From contig QKCS01000216.1 of NCBI GenBank assembly GCA_003246795.1, positions 1 to 27,061 on the forward strand: 27,061 nucleotides of DNA, written 5' to 3'. The position numbers were made by a program, and so were the translations under genes. Below are positions 1 through 9,282 of this stretch, one piece after another. Position 1 is the stretch's first letter, and each line of letters starts with the position of its first letter. The notes beneath the pieces were generated by a model that saw nothing but the letters and a program-made list of their open reading frames with translations, was not told the DNA's origin and ran no database searches. Origin of the DNA: Alphaproteobacteria bacterium. Its GTDB lineage: Bacteria > Pseudomonadota > Alphaproteobacteria > Micropepsales > Micropepsaceae.

Positions 1-644
1 AGAGAAATCGCGGCTTTGAGCTGAAACGGCCCGACGGCCAGGCGCGTCAGGGCCTGTACATGCCCGAGGCAGCCCAAAGTCCGGCCCAAATCCCGGGCAA
101 AGGCGCGCACGTAGGTCCCTTTGCCGCAGACCATTTCGAACACGCCGTGGCCGGCATCCGGCACGTCGACGAGCTCCAGCCGGTGGATATGAGCTTCTCG
201 CGCCTGGAGTTCGACGGTCTCGCCGTCGCGCGCCAAATCGTAAGCGCGCTCGCCGTCGACTTTGACAGCCGAAAACGCGGGCGGCGTTTGCATGATCCGA
301 CCCACGAACGCCGGAAGCGCGCGAACGATGTCGTCAACGGAAGGACGCGCCTCGTTCCGTCGAACAACGTCGCCTTCCGCATCGTCGGTCGCCGTTTCCG
401 CGCCCCAACCGATCGTGAAGCGATACGCCTTTCGCGCCTCGACGAGATACGGAACCGTCTTCGTCGCCTCGCCGAACGCAAGCGGCAGCACGCCGCTCGC
501 CAGCGGATCGAGCGTACCCGCATGTCCGGCTTTGTTCGCATTCAGCAACCGGCGCGCGATCGACAAGGCCTTCGTCGACGTCAAGCCGAGCGGCTTATCG
601 AGAACGAGCCAGCCGTGAATGGCCTCGCCCTTACGCCTCGCCAT
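1..644 (-). CDS. truB: tRNA pseudouridine(55) synthase TruB, 3' end truncated by the window edge
   Basis: Not in the ORF track because it has no stop in the window. Manual translation from ATG at 644 gives [23 protein letters not shown]...[17 protein letters not shown]...[14 protein letters not shown], with the catalytic GTLDP motif. The start overlaps the rbfA 3' end by 14 nt. Confidence 0.96.
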   Translation of the reverse strand, partial: MARRKGEAIHGWLVLDKPLGLTSTKALSIARRLLNANKAGHAGTLDPLASGVLPLAFGEATKTVPYLVEARKAYRFTIGWGAETATDDAEGDVVRRNEARPSVDDIVRALPAFVGRIMQTPPAFSAVKVDGERAYDLARDGETVELQAREAHIHRLELVDVPDAGHGVFEMVCGKGTYVRAFARDLGRTLGCLGHVQALTRLAVGPFQLKAAIS

Positions 645-1047
645 CGTCCGAATTCGTCTTCAGGTCCCGTGCCACCTTCTCGGACCGCAGCAGTTCGTCG
701 ATGTGGTGCGCCTCGTCGTAGGACTTGTCCTCGACGAAGGTCAGCGCCGGGGCATAGCGCAACTGAAGCGCCTGCCCCACTTGCGAGCGCAAATACGGCG
801 CGGAACGATTAAGCCCCTTCATCACCTCGTCGACATGCGCACCGGCGAGCGGAATTGCGAACACCGTGGCGTTCTTCAAATCCGGGCTGATGCGAACCTC
901 CGACACCGTCACTGACACGTTGGCAAGTGCCGGATCGTGCAGATCGCCGCGCATCAACACGCGTGCGAGGATATGGCGAATTTCCTCCGCCACGCGCAGC
1001 TGCCGCTGGCTGGGTCCGTGCTCCGATCGTGAAGGTCTGCGTGCCAT
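631..1047 (-). CDS. rbfA: 30S ribosome-binding factor RbfA
   Basis: C-terminal 138 aa of ORF 631..1326: [13 protein letters not shown]...[18 protein letters not shown]...[12 protein letters not shown]. Start taken as ATG 1047. Lies directly upstream of truB. Confidence 0.95.
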   Translation of the reverse strand: MARRPSRSEHGPSQRQLRVAEEIRHILARVLMRGDLHDPALANVSVTVSEVRISPDLKNATVFAIPLAGAHVDEVMKGLNRSAPYLRSQVGQALQLRYAPALTFVEDKSYDEAHHIDELLRSEKVARDLKTNSDDGEA

Positions 1048-1057
1048 GAAGTGCGGG

Positions 1058-1086
1058 CTTCTATCGGCCTTTGCGCCGCAATCCAA
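1058..1086 (-). promoter_or_regulatory. Possible sigma70-type promoter for rbfA-truB
   Basis: Minus strand TTGGAT-N17-TAGAAG ends 10 nt before the rbfA ATG. Weak consensus match only. Confidence 0.25.
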
Positions 1087-1090
1087 GCGT

Positions 1091-1235
1091 TTATGACGGC
1101 TCGTAGGCGAACGCCGCGACCCACGGCGCGAGCGCGGGCAGGATCGGCGCCAAGAACGGCCTGTAATTCCGCCACTTTCCCCACGACACGACGTGGCTTC
1201 GTTATTGGCGCAGCGCCGACGCGCGGCGGCCCGCG
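1091..1235 (-). pseudogene. Probable decayed 3' remnant of a (TPR-)sulfotransferase-family gene
   Basis: A stop-bounded frame (1094-1201) reads ...WGKWRNYRPFLAPILPALAPWVAAFAYEPS*. This resembles the G(R/K)W..Y...LAP(V/I)LP.LAPW...FGY C-terminus I recall from proteobacterial sulfotransferase-domain proteins. Adjacent frames give ITKPRRVVGK and ARAAARRR, consistent with frameshifts. Recognised from memory, not searched. Confidence 0.5.
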
Positions 1236-1250
1236 CAACAAGAACCATCA

Positions 1251-2468
1251 TTACTCCAAAACGAACTCGGCCCGCGGCCGGATCAAACGTCCGCTCGCCC
1301 GCTGCTCGAACACGTGCGCGAGCCAACCGACCGACCGCCCCATGGCGAACAGCGCCAGCGCCGCGCCCGCCGGCAAGCCAAAGCGGCGCTCGATGGCCAA
1401 CAAAGCGAAATCGACATTGGGCTCGACACCAGCCATTGAACGGGCGGCATCCAGAACGCCTGACATCACCGCATCCGGCTCGACGACCGAAAACAGCTCG
1501 ACCGCTCGCGGATCGCCGTCGCGATAGAGGAAGTGACCGAAGCCCGGCAGCATCTCACCGTGCTGCAGCCGGTCCGCGACGGCGGTTTCCGCATCGCCCG
1601 CCCGCTCGATCCCGCTCAAGAACATCCGGACGCGATCGCTTGCCCCGCCATGAAGCGGGCCGCTCACAGCCGCAATCCCTGCCAGCACGCAATGCGTCAG
1701 CCGCGCGCCCGTCGACGCCACGACGCGCACGGCAAACGTCGATGCATTCAATTCGTGGTCCGCGAGCAAGACGAGCGCACGGCGGATCGCGTCGGCCGCC
1801 TTCGGCGTCTTCCATGCCCGCGCGACGGCTTCATGGATCGGCACGTCGATGGGCCGATTGATCCCGGTGATGGCCGCCACAACCGCTTGGACCAGCCGCG
1901 CCCCCGCGTCGAACGCCTGCGTGCTCGGTCTGCCGGCGGACGGCGGCTCGCGCGTCGTCAACAACGGCAGCAGCGTCGCCGCTCGATCCGGCGCACGCGG
2001 CGGCAGGAATCGGGTTGCAACCTCGGTCCAACCCGGCACGGCGCGCGGATCGAAGCGCGCCTCGGCGAATAGATCGGCGTCGCCGATGTCCCAAAGCAAC
2101 CGCGCCGCTTCTTCAAGCGTCGCGCGCCGCGAAAACGGAAGCGCCTCCTGCGCCCGATAGAAAATTCGATCGTCCTCGAAATGCGTGATCCGCGTTTTCA
2201 GGACAGGAAGGCCGAACTCGAGCGCCGTCGCCGCCGCCGCGCGCGGCCGGCGCATGCGCGCCTTGCGCGCGACAAGACCGTGAATGTCGGCGGCGACGTA
2301 CAAACTCGCCTTCGGCACTGTCGGATGCGGCGTCGAACGAACGAGACCGCGGCTGACATACGCGTAAAGCGTCGCCCGGCTGACCCCCAGCACCTTGGCC
2401 GCCGCGGCCGCGTCGAGCAGCGCATCCGGTCTGCGGAGCGCCTGCTTTCCGCCCTTTTGAGGCTTCAT
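1251..2468 (-). CDS. Citrate synthase-family protein with N-terminal MerR/excisionase-like helix-turn-helix
   Basis: N-terminus LLDAAAAAKVLGVSRATLYAYVSRGLVRS is HTH_17-like. It is followed by the citrate synthase motifs DHELNAST, GPLHGGA, GFGHFLY, DPR, PNVDF and LIRP. ATG 2468 preferred; TTG 2486 is the alternative start. Confidence 0.9.
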   Translation of the reverse strand: MKPQKGGKQALRRPDALLDAAAAAKVLGVSRATLYAYVSRGLVRSTPHPTVPKASLYVAADIHGLVARKARMRRPRAAAATALEFGLPVLKTRITHFEDDRIFYRAQEALPFSRRATLEEAARLLWDIGDADLFAEARFDPRAVPGWTEVATRFLPPRAPDRAATLLPLLTTREPPSAGRPSTQAFDAGARLVQAVVAAITGINRPIDVPIHEAVARAWKTPKAADAIRRALVLLADHELNASTFAVRVVASTGARLTHCVLAGIAAVSGPLHGGASDRVRMFLSGIERAGDAETAVADRLQHGEMLPGFGHFLYRDGDPRAVELFSVVEPDAVMSGVLDAARSMAGVEPNVDFALLAIERRFGLPAGAALALFAMGRSVGWLAHVFEQRASGRLIRPRAEFVLE

Positions 2469-2493
2469 ATTGATATATTGATTCAAGATTGAC
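2464..2493. promoter_or_regulatory. AT-rich candidate operator in the divergent promoter region
   Basis: ATTGAT (2469), ATTGAT (2477) and ATTGAC (2488) direct repeats, plus the palindrome TTGA-T-TCAA (2478-2486). 23 of 29 nt in 2464-2492 are A/T. Confidence 0.55.
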
Positions 2494-2517
2494 GACGATG
2501 CGCCACCATTCCACCTT
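2489..2517 (+). promoter_or_regulatory. Possible sigma70 promoter of the plus-strand citrate synthase paralog
   Basis: TTGACG-N17-CACCTT. The -35 box is good, the -10 box is weak. SD GAGGAG at 2534-2539. Confidence 0.3.
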
Positions 2518-2545
2518 TTCGACCGATTGGAAAGAGGAGATCGCC

Positions 2546-3622
2546 ATGCGTTCGGGCTTGGACAACGTCGTCGCCGCCGAAACCGTGTTGAGCCACGTCG
2601 ATGGCGAGGCCGGACGATTGATCATCCGCGGATCCGATCTCGAAGACCTGGCCGGCCATGCGACGTTCGAGGAAGCGACCGTGCTTCTGTGGGACGGCGT
2701 TGTCCCCGATGCGCCCACTGCGGAACTCGCGGCGCCCTTGGGGCACGCGCGCGCTCGGGCATTCGATCGTTTCCGGCCGCTGAAGAACGAAACACGTGGC
2801 TTGAGCGCCGTCGAAGCCATGCGCCTGTTGCTGTCGTCGATGCCGGACGGCAAACGCGCCGAAGAACCCGTTGCTCTGCTGGCGGCCGCCGGCGTCGCCG
2901 CCGCCTTTGCAACACGCGTCTCGCAAGGTCTCGAACCAATTGCGCCCAATCCGGCGATGTCACACGCGGCCGACGTCTTGCGTATGATCCGCGACAAGGC
3001 AGGCGACGCGGAAGAGGTTCGCGCCTTCGAAACCTATCTCGTCGCGGTCATCGACCACGGCTTGAACGCCTCGACTTTTACAGCGCGTGTCGTCGCTTCG
3101 ACGGCGGCAGGACTTCCCTCCGCGGTCGTGGCCGCGCTCTGCGCGCTCAAAGGCCCGCTGCATGGCGGGGCCCCCGGCCCGGTTCTCGACATGCTGGATG
3201 CCATCGGTACGCTCGGCAACGCCCGCGCCTGGCTGATCGACGCCATCAAGCGCGGCGAGCGGCTGATGGGCTTCGGCCATCGCGTCTATCGCGTGCGCGA
3301 TCCGCGCGCCAACGTGCTCAAAGTCGCCGTCGCAAAGCTGAAGGGCCGCTCGAACCGGATCGCCTTCGCCGAAGGCGTCGAAGCCGCCGCCCTGGAAGCC
3401 CTCAAGGAATTGAAGAGCGATCGTCGCCTGGACACCAACGTCGAGTTCTACACCGCGCTGTTGCTGGAAGCGCTCGACATTCCACGCGCAGCCTTCACGC
3501 CGGTCTTCACCCTCGCCCGCACGGCCGGCTGGATCGCACACGTAAGGGAGCAGGAAGCGAACGGCCGCCTGATCAGACCGCAATCGCGCTATGTCGGTTC
3601 GTGGCCGGTGCAGGCGGCCTGA
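2546..3622 (+). CDS. Citrate synthase / 2-methylcitrate synthase family protein with Glu at the catalytic Asp position
   Basis: MRSGLDNVVAAETVLSHVDGEAGRLIIRG, DHGLNASTF, GPLHGGA, GFGHRVY, DPRA, TNVEFY, LIRP. ATG 2546 has SD GAGGAG, so the ORF-track start at 2489 is probably too long. Confidence 0.92.
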   Translation: MRSGLDNVVAAETVLSHVDGEAGRLIIRGSDLEDLAGHATFEEATVLLWDGVVPDAPTAELAAPLGHARARAFDRFRPLKNETRGLSAVEAMRLLLSSMPDGKRAEEPVALLAAAGVAAAFATRVSQGLEPIAPNPAMSHAADVLRMIRDKAGDAEEVRAFETYLVAVIDHGLNASTFTARVVASTAAGLPSAVVAALCALKGPLHGGAPGPVLDMLDAIGTLGNARAWLIDAIKRGERLMGFGHRVYRVRDPRANVLKVAVAKLKGRSNRIAFAEGVEAAALEALKELKSDRRLDTNVEFYTALLLEALDIPRAAFTPVFTLARTAGWIAHVREQEANGRLIRPQSRYVGSWPVQAA

Positions 3623-3625
3623 CGG

Positions 3626-6328
3626 TCACAGCGTCCGCTTGACCGTCTCGACCTCGAAGCACTCGATCTGGTCGCCCTTTTGGATGTCCTGATAGTTCTC
3701 GAACGCCATGCCGCATTCCTGGCCGGCGACGACTTCCTTCACTTCATCCTTGAAGCGCTTCAGTGTCGAGAGCGTGCCCTCGTGGATCACGACGTTATCA
3801 CGCAGCAGACGCACTTTGTTGCCGCGCAAGACCTTGCCTTCCGTCACGCGGCAGCCGGCGACCTTGCCGACCTTCGTGATGTTGAAGACCTCCAGTATCT
3901 CTGCATAGCCCAGGAAGTTCTCGCGCAGCGTCGGGGACAAGAGGCCCGACATCGCCGCTCTGACGTCGTCGATGATGTTGTAGATGATCGAGTAGTAGCG
4001 GATTTCGACGCCGTCGCGTTTGGCGATGTCGCGAGCTTCCGCCGTCGCGCGCACGTTGAACGCAATGATCGGCGCGCCCGATGCGCGCGCCAGCAGCACG
4101 TCGCCTTGCGTCACGCCGCCGACGCCCGAGTGCAGCACCTGCACCTTGACCTCGTCGGTGCCGAGCAAGTTCAGCGCGTTCGCGATCGCCTCGACCGAAC
4201 CCTGCACGTCCGACTTGACGACGAGCGGCAATATCTTTGTTTCGCCCTGTTCCTTCTGCGCCAGAACCTGATCGAGCGACGCACGCGCGCTGGAACGCAC
4301 ACGCGCCTCTTTCTTCTTGCGGGCGCGGAAGTCGGCCACCTCGCGCGCGCGCGCGTCGTTCTCGACGACCGAAAAGTCGTCGCCCGCTTCCGGTGGCGCC
4401 GACAAGCCCAAAATCTCGACCGGTTCCGAAGGCCCCGCGCTCTGTACTTGCTCACCGCGTTCGTTGACGAGCGCGCGCACCCGGCCCCACTCGGCGCCGG
4501 CGACGACGATGTCGCCCACCTTCAACGTCCCGCGCTGCACGAGGACGGTTGCGACCGGACCGCGGCCCTTGTCCAGCTTCGCTTCGACGACAGCGCCCGA
4601 TGCCGGGCGGTCGGGATTGGCCTTGAGGTCGAGGATTTCCGACTGAAGCAGGATCGCCTCTTCGAGCTTGTCGAGGTTCGTCTTCTTCGTCGCCGAAACC
4701 TCGACGGCCTGCGTATCGCCGCCCATGGACTCGACCACGACTTCGTGGCTCAACAGCTCCGTCTTGACGCGATCGGGCGTCGCGTCGGGCTTGTCGATCT
4801 TGTTGATTGCCACGATCAGCGGCACCTTCGCCGCCTTCGCGTGATTGATGGCTTCGATCGTCTGCGGCATGACGCCGTCGTCCGCGGCAACGACCAGCAC
4901 GACGATGTCGGTGACCTTCGCGCCGCGTGCGCGCATTGCCGTGAACGCCGCGTGGCCGGGCGTGTCGAGGAACGTGATCTTCTTGCCCGACGGCAAGTTC
5001 ACCTGATAGGCGCCGATATGCTGCGTAATGCCGCCCGCTTCGCCCGCGACGACATCCGTCTCGCGCAGGGCATCGAGCAGCGAGGTCTTGCCGTGGTCGA
5101 CGTGGCCCATGATGGTCACGACCGGCGCACGCGGCAGCAACGACTCTTCCGCGTCCTCTTCGCCCGCGAGGCCTTCCAAAACGTCGGATTCGGCGACGCG
5201 TTTGACCGAGTGGCCGAACTCCTCGGCGATGAGCTGTGCGGTGTCCGCGTCGAGCGCGGTGTTGATCGTCACCATCTGCCCCTGCTTCATCAGGGTCTTG
5301 ATGATGTCGACCGCGCGCGTCGCCATGCGGTTCGCGAGATCCTGGACGGTGATCGCCTCGGGAATGACGACCTCGCGCACGATCTTCTGCGGCGCCTCGG
5401 CCTCTCTCACGCCGAGCTGCGCGCGCTGCGCGCGCTGAACATGGCGCTTATAGGCCGCGATCGAACGAACGCGCTCGGAATCGTCGAGGGCGGTCACGAC
5501 GCTGAGTTTGCCGGCTCTGCGATTGTCGTCACGGCGCGGTGCGGTAGGTGCTTTCGCCGGGGGCTTGCCTGGCGCCCCACCCGCCTTCCGGCGCGCACCG
5601 CGACCGTCATCGTCCTCCGCACCCATCGGCCGACGGGGCGGGAAGCCTGAGCCGGGCGTCGGCACAGATGTCCGGCCTGGCGCGGGACCGCGTGCGCCGG
5701 CAGGTCCGCTGCGACCCGGCGCACCGCCCGGACGCGGCCCGGCGCCGCCAGGACGCGCACCCGTGCGCGACGGCGACGCCGTCGTGCGCTCGTCGGGAGC
5801 ATCCAACCGGCGGCGTGCTTCGTCCTCAGACTTGCGTCGCGTTTCGTCCTCGACGGTGCGACGCGCGTCTTCCTCGGCTTTGCGCTTCGCAGCGAGTTCC
5901 CGCTCGCGCGAAAGACGCTCGTCCTCTTCGGCCCGGCGCTTTGCTTCTTCTTGGGCGCGGCGACGCTCTTCTTGCTCGGCAACGCGAGCGTCCTTCAGAG
6001 CCCGTGAGCGCGCTACCTTCTCTTCCTCGGTCAGCGTCCGCAGCACCATACCGCCCGATTTCGGCTGCACAGGCTGCGGCTTCGCCGCACGCCCCGAAGC
6101 GGTGGCAGGTGTTTTCTCTTTTGCCGCCTCGGCCTGCTTCGGCTCAGCCTTTGGCGCGGCGGCGCCCGGACGGACCGACGACCGCTTCTTCTCAACGACG
6201 ACAGCCTTCGAGCGACCATGACTGAACGCTTGGCGCACGACCCCCGTGTCCCGTTTCACGGACAACGTTTTCGGTCCGCCAGCAGCGTGCAACGTCTTGT
6301 CGCCGTCCGGGGTCTTCCTGTCAGCCAT
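3626..6328 (-). CDS. infB: Translation initiation factor IF-2
   Basis: G-domain motifs [17 protein letters not shown] and NKID; C-terminal GQECG. ATG 6328 is preceded by AAGGA. Confidence 0.98.
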   Translation of the reverse strand: MADRKTPDGDKTLHAAGGPKTLSVKRDTGVVRQAFSHGRSKAVVVEKKRSSVRPGAAAPKAEPKQAEAAKEKTPATASGRAAKPQPVQPKSGGMVLRTLTEEEKVARSRALKDARVAEQEERRRAQEEAKRRAEEDERLSRERELAAKRKAEEDARRTVEDETRRKSEDEARRRLDAPDERTTASPSRTGARPGGAGPRPGGAPGRSGPAGARGPAPGRTSVPTPGSGFPPRRPMGAEDDDGRGARRKAGGAPGKPPAKAPTAPRRDDNRRAGKLSVVTALDDSERVRSIAAYKRHVQRAQRAQLGVREAEAPQKIVREVVIPEAITVQDLANRMATRAVDIIKTLMKQGQMVTINTALDADTAQLIAEEFGHSVKRVAESDVLEGLAGEEDAEESLLPRAPVVTIMGHVDHGKTSLLDALRETDVVAGEAGGITQHIGAYQVNLPSGKKITFLDTPGHAAFTAMRARGAKVTDIVVLVVAADDGVMPQTIEAINHAKAAKVPLIVAINKIDKPDATPDRVKTELLSHEVVVESMGGDTQAVEVSATKKTNLDKLEEAILLQSEILDLKANPDRPASGAVVEAKLDKGRGPVATVLVQRGTLKVGDIVVAGAEWGRVRALVNERGEQVQSAGPSEPVEILGLSAPPEAGDDFSVVENDARAREVADFRARKKKEARVRSSARASLDQVLAQKEQGETKILPLVVKSDVQGSVEAIANALNLLGTDEVKVQVLHSGVGGVTQGDVLLARASGAPIIAFNVRATAEARDIAKRDGVEIRYYSIIYNIIDDVRAAMSGLLSPTLRENFLGYAEILEVFNITKVGKVAGCRVTEGKVLRGNKVRLLRDNVVIHEGTLSTLKRFKDEVKEVVAGQECGMAFENYQDIQKGDQIECFEVETVKRTL

Positions 6329-6377
6329 GCGTATCCTTCGATCCTTCCAAACTCTGCACGTCGATTTGCATTCATGC

Positions 6378-6396
6378 GCCGAAACAAAAGTTCGGC
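6378..6396. other. Small hairpin in the ylxR-infB spacer
   Basis: Minus strand GCCGAA-CTTTTGT-TTCGGC, with no U-tract after it. Confidence 0.3.
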
Positions 6397-6405
6397 CCGC
6401 GGTCA

Positions 6406-7059
6406 TTAGGCCGCGCCCCACTCCGGCGGACACAAAACGCGGAAGCCGCCAAGGCGCTCAGCCTCGATCACAAACCGATCCGAGAGCGACCCTGCCGTGA
6501 GCGCAGCATGTACCACACTTTCCCGGCCGAATGCCAAGCCGATTTCGGCCTGAGCGAGGCATCCGACGACCGGAATCTGGCCGCGCCGCCGCGCAAGGCC
6601 GACAAGCTTCTCGCGGTCCGCGGAGCCTGAATCGCTTGCCTCCACGAGTGCGGCGATCCGTCCGCGTTTGTCCCGAAAAATCTCCTCAACCTGCGCGAAC
6701 CCGATAACGGCCTGACCCGCCCGCCGCGCGAGCCCAAGAAAATCAATGCACCGTTTGACCAGCAATCCTTCGACCTGCGCCGCAAGATCGGCCGGACATT
6801 TCACGGCAGCCTTCGCGGCCTTCGAAAACAGACCGCGCTCGCACGCCCGCGCGATCGTTTCGCGCTTCGCAGTGACCCACATCCCGCGGCCGGGAAGCTT
6901 CTGGGCGAGATCGGGCACGATCATGCCGTCCGGCCCCATCACAAAGCGCACCATGACGGCGGGAGGCAGGACCTCGCCCGTCGCGATGCAGCGCCGGTGT
7001 GTACCTTCGACGCCTTCGTCCACGTCGGATGTCGCGCCGCGACCGCGGCTTCGCGTCAC
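6406..7059 (-). CDS. ylxR: YlxR/DUF448 RNA-binding protein fused to an L7Ae-like domain
   Basis: RRCIATGEV...MVRFV...PDL...KLPGRGMWV (DUF448), then [14 protein letters not shown] (L7Ae/YlxQ-like). GTG 7059 overlaps the nusA stop (GTGA). Confidence 0.88.
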   Translation of the reverse strand: MTRSRGRGATSDVDEGVEGTHRRCIATGEVLPPAVMVRFVMGPDGMIVPDLAQKLPGRGMWVTAKRETIARACERGLFSKAAKAAVKCPADLAAQVEGLLVKRCIDFLGLARRAGQAVIGFAQVEEIFRDKRGRIAALVEASDSGSADREKLVGLARRRGQIPVVGCLAQAEIGLAFGRESVVHAALTAGSLSDRFVIEAERLGGFRVLCPPEWGAA

Positions 7060-8663
7060 TCTGTGGTTTCCTCCGCCGCTTCTTCGGCCGCGACCTCTTC
7101 TTCCGCCGCCGGCTCGGGCGCTTCGATCCAACCGACGGCGACGCGCGCGGCCATGATGATCGCGTTTGCCTCGTCGGCCGTCATGCCGAAGTTCTCGAGC
7201 AACCCCGGCTGACGTTTGCGCTCGCCGTCGACGGTCTCGTTCCAGCCCAAGAGGTCGTCGGTCGCGCAGCCCGCAACATCCTCGACCGTCTTGACTTCGC
7301 CCTCGCCCAAGGCGACCGCCATCGCCGGCGTAATGCCCTCGATCCCCATGACGTCGTCGTCGACGCCCAGTTCGCGGCGCTTCTCGTCGTAGATCGCGTT
7401 TTGCCGTTCGAGAAATTCCTGGGCGCGGCGCTGAAGCTCGTTGCCTGTCTCTTCGCCGATACCCTGGATCTCCGCGAGTTCCTCCGGCGCGATGTAGGCG
7501 AGATCCTCGATCGAGCTGAAGTTCTCCGACGCAAGCAACTGCGCCAGCGTCTCGTCGACGTCGAGCGCGTTCATGAACAGCTCCGTGCGCTTGCGGAAGA
7601 GCTCCTGCCGGCGTTCGGATTCTTCAGCCTCCGTCAAAATGTCGATCTGCCAGCCGGTCAGTTGAGAGGCCAGACGGACGTTTTGTCCGCGCCGCCCAAT
7701 GGCAAGCGACAATTGGTCGTCGGGCACCACGACCTCGATGCGACGCGCATCTTCATCCAAGACGACCTTCGAAACCTCGGCTGGCGCCAGCGAGTTCACG
7801 ACGAAGTTCGCCGCATCGTACGACCACGGGATGATGTCGATCTTCTCGCCCTGCAGCTCCTGAACCACGGCCTGTACGCGACTGCCGCGCATGCCGACGC
7901 AGGCGCCGACGGGGTCGATCGACGAATCCTTCGACACCACGGCGATCTTGGCCCGAGAACCCGGATCGCGCGCCACCGACTTGATCTCGATGATGCCGTC
8001 GTAGATCTCCGGCACTTCCTGCGCGAACAGCTTCGCCATGAACTGCGGATGCGTCCGCGACAGGAAGATCTGCGGTCCGCGCGCCTCGCGCCGAACGTCG
8101 TAGATGTAGGCGCGAATCCGATCGCCCGTGCGAAACGTCTCACGCGGCAGCAATTCGTCGCGCCGCACGAAGGCTTCGCCGCGGCCCAAGTCGACGACCA
8201 CGTTGCCGTACTCGACGCGCTTCACCGTGCCGTGCACGACCTCGCCCACACGGTCGCGATATTCCTCGAACTGCTTCTCGCGCTCGGCGTCGCGCACCTT
8301 TTGGAAGATGACCTGCTTGGCGGCTTGCGCCGCGATGCGGCCGAAGTCGATCGGCGGCAGCGGCTCGGCGATCAAGTCGCCCACTTGAGCGGCCGGGTTC
8401 CGAATCTGCGCTTCCTCAAGCGTAATCTCCGTCGCCTCGTTTTCGATCTTCTCCACGACAAGACGAAGGCGGTGTAGCCGGGTCTCGCCCGTTTTCGGGT
8501 CGATCTCGGCCTTGATCTCGTTGTCTTGCCCGTAGCGCGACTTCGCCGCTTTTTGGATCGCCTCTTCCATCGCCGCGATCACGACCTGCTTGTCGATCGA
8601 CTTTTCCCGCGCGACCGCGTCGGCGATCTGCAGCAGTTCAAGCCTGTTCGCACTAACAGCCAT
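7056..8663 (-). CDS. nusA: Transcription termination/antitermination factor NusA
   Basis: [14 protein letters not shown]1 domain, KH motifs [20 protein letters not shown] and [15 protein letters not shown], and acidic C-terminal repeats. Confidence 0.98.
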   Translation of the reverse strand: MAVSANRLELLQIADAVAREKSIDKQVVIAAMEEAIQKAAKSRYGQDNEIKAEIDPKTGETRLHRLRLVVEKIENEATEITLEEAQIRNPAAQVGDLIAEPLPPIDFGRIAAQAAKQVIFQKVRDAEREKQFEEYRDRVGEVVHGTVKRVEYGNVVVDLGRGEAFVRRDELLPRETFRTGDRIRAYIYDVRREARGPQIFLSRTHPQFMAKLFAQEVPEIYDGIIEIKSVARDPGSRAKIAVVSKDSSIDPVGACVGMRGSRVQAVVQELQGEKIDIIPWSYDAANFVVNSLAPAEVSKVVLDEDARRIEVVVPDDQLSLAIGRRGQNVRLASQLTGWQIDILTEAEESERRQELFRKRTELFMNALDVDETLAQLLASENFSSIEDLAYIAPEELAEIQGIGEETGNELQRRAQEFLERQNAIYDEKRRELGVDDDVMGIEGITPAMAVALGEGEVKTVEDVAGCATDDLLGWNETVDGERKRQPGLLENFGMTADEANAIIMAARVAVGWIEAPEPAAEEEVAAEEAAEETTE

Positions 8664-8669
8664 TTATCT

Positions 8670-9209
8670 TCACTCCGTTTGCGCCGAGTTCTTGCCGGCG
8701 GCCTTTCTGCGTTTCAAATCCTCTGCGATCAGATCGTCGGTAAGAACGAGCTTCGCCTCGCCGATCGACATGTAGGGCACGGCCAGTTCGCCACGCCCGC
8801 GTTCGGGCCCTAGGTCTGTCTCGATGACAACGTCCTCGCCCCGCAATCCCTGCAACGTGCCGCGCAAGCGCTTTCGCCCGTCGAGCGGATATTTCAACTC
8901 GACCCGCGCCTCGTGTCCTGCGTAGGTCTCGAAATCGCGCCGCCGCGTCAGCGGCCGGTCGATTCCGGGCGACGACACTTCGAGCACGTACTCGCTTTCG
9001 ATCGGGTCGACCTCTTCGAAGGCGGCTGAGATCGCGCGGCTCAGCGCCGCACAGTCGTCGACATCCATCGTGCCGTCGGGCTTCTCTGCCATGACCTGCA
9101 GGACCGGACGGTTCGCGCCGGTGAGACGCACGCGCACCAGTTCGAAGCCCATCGCTTCGGCGATCGGCTCGATCAGTCGTTCAAGTTCCGCGACGCGCGT
9201 CGTCGACAA
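8670..9209 (-). CDS. rimP: Ribosome maturation factor RimP
   Basis: GFELVRV...DDCAALSRAIS...YVLEVSSPGIDRPL. TTG start with AAGGTG just upstream. Lies upstream of nusA. Confidence 0.96.
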   Translation of the reverse strand: MSTTRVAELERLIEPIAEAMGFELVRVRLTGANRPVLQVMAEKPDGTMDVDDCAALSRAISAAFEEVDPIESEYVLEVSSPGIDRPLTRRRDFETYAGHEARVELKYPLDGRKRLRGTLQGLRGEDVVIETDLGPERGRGELAVPYMSIGEAKLVLTDDLIAEDLKRRKAAGKNSAQTE

Positions 9210-9237
9210 TGGACACCTTGCAAATGCGTTTCCCCGC

Positions 9238-9282
9238 CCGGCTGAGTTACCTCAACCAGAGAACAAGCAGATCATCTTGTCC
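9238..9282 (-). promoter_or_regulatory. Structured 5' leader of the rimP-nusA-infB operon (two tandem hairpins)
   Basis: GGACAAG-N8-CTTGTTC, then CTGGTTGAG-GTAA-CTCAGCCGG (GNRA loop with G.U pairs). Confidence 0.45.

Noticed and set aside
631-1326. ORF-track N-terminal extensions (rbfA, infB, ylxR, ybeY, phoH, rimI, rutE) that look like fusions
   Set aside because: They come from choosing the most upstream start. Each gene has a downstream start with an SD or a stop/start overlap that gives a family-typical length.
2340-2420. Excisionase-like HTH as evidence of a prophage or integrative element
   Set aside because: It is in frame with a citrate synthase domain. I saw no integrase, transposase, att-like repeat or target-site duplication around the cassette.
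3680-5650. 656-aa plus-strand ORF
   Set aside because: It is the antisense shadow of infB. Stop-poor reverse frames are expected at this GC content, and it has no recognisable motifs.
5490-6030. Repetitive Gly/Pro/Arg and Glu/Arg-rich stretches (EEARRR, RPGG)
   Set aside because: This is the ordinary low-complexity N-terminal region of IF-2, not a DNA repeat array.
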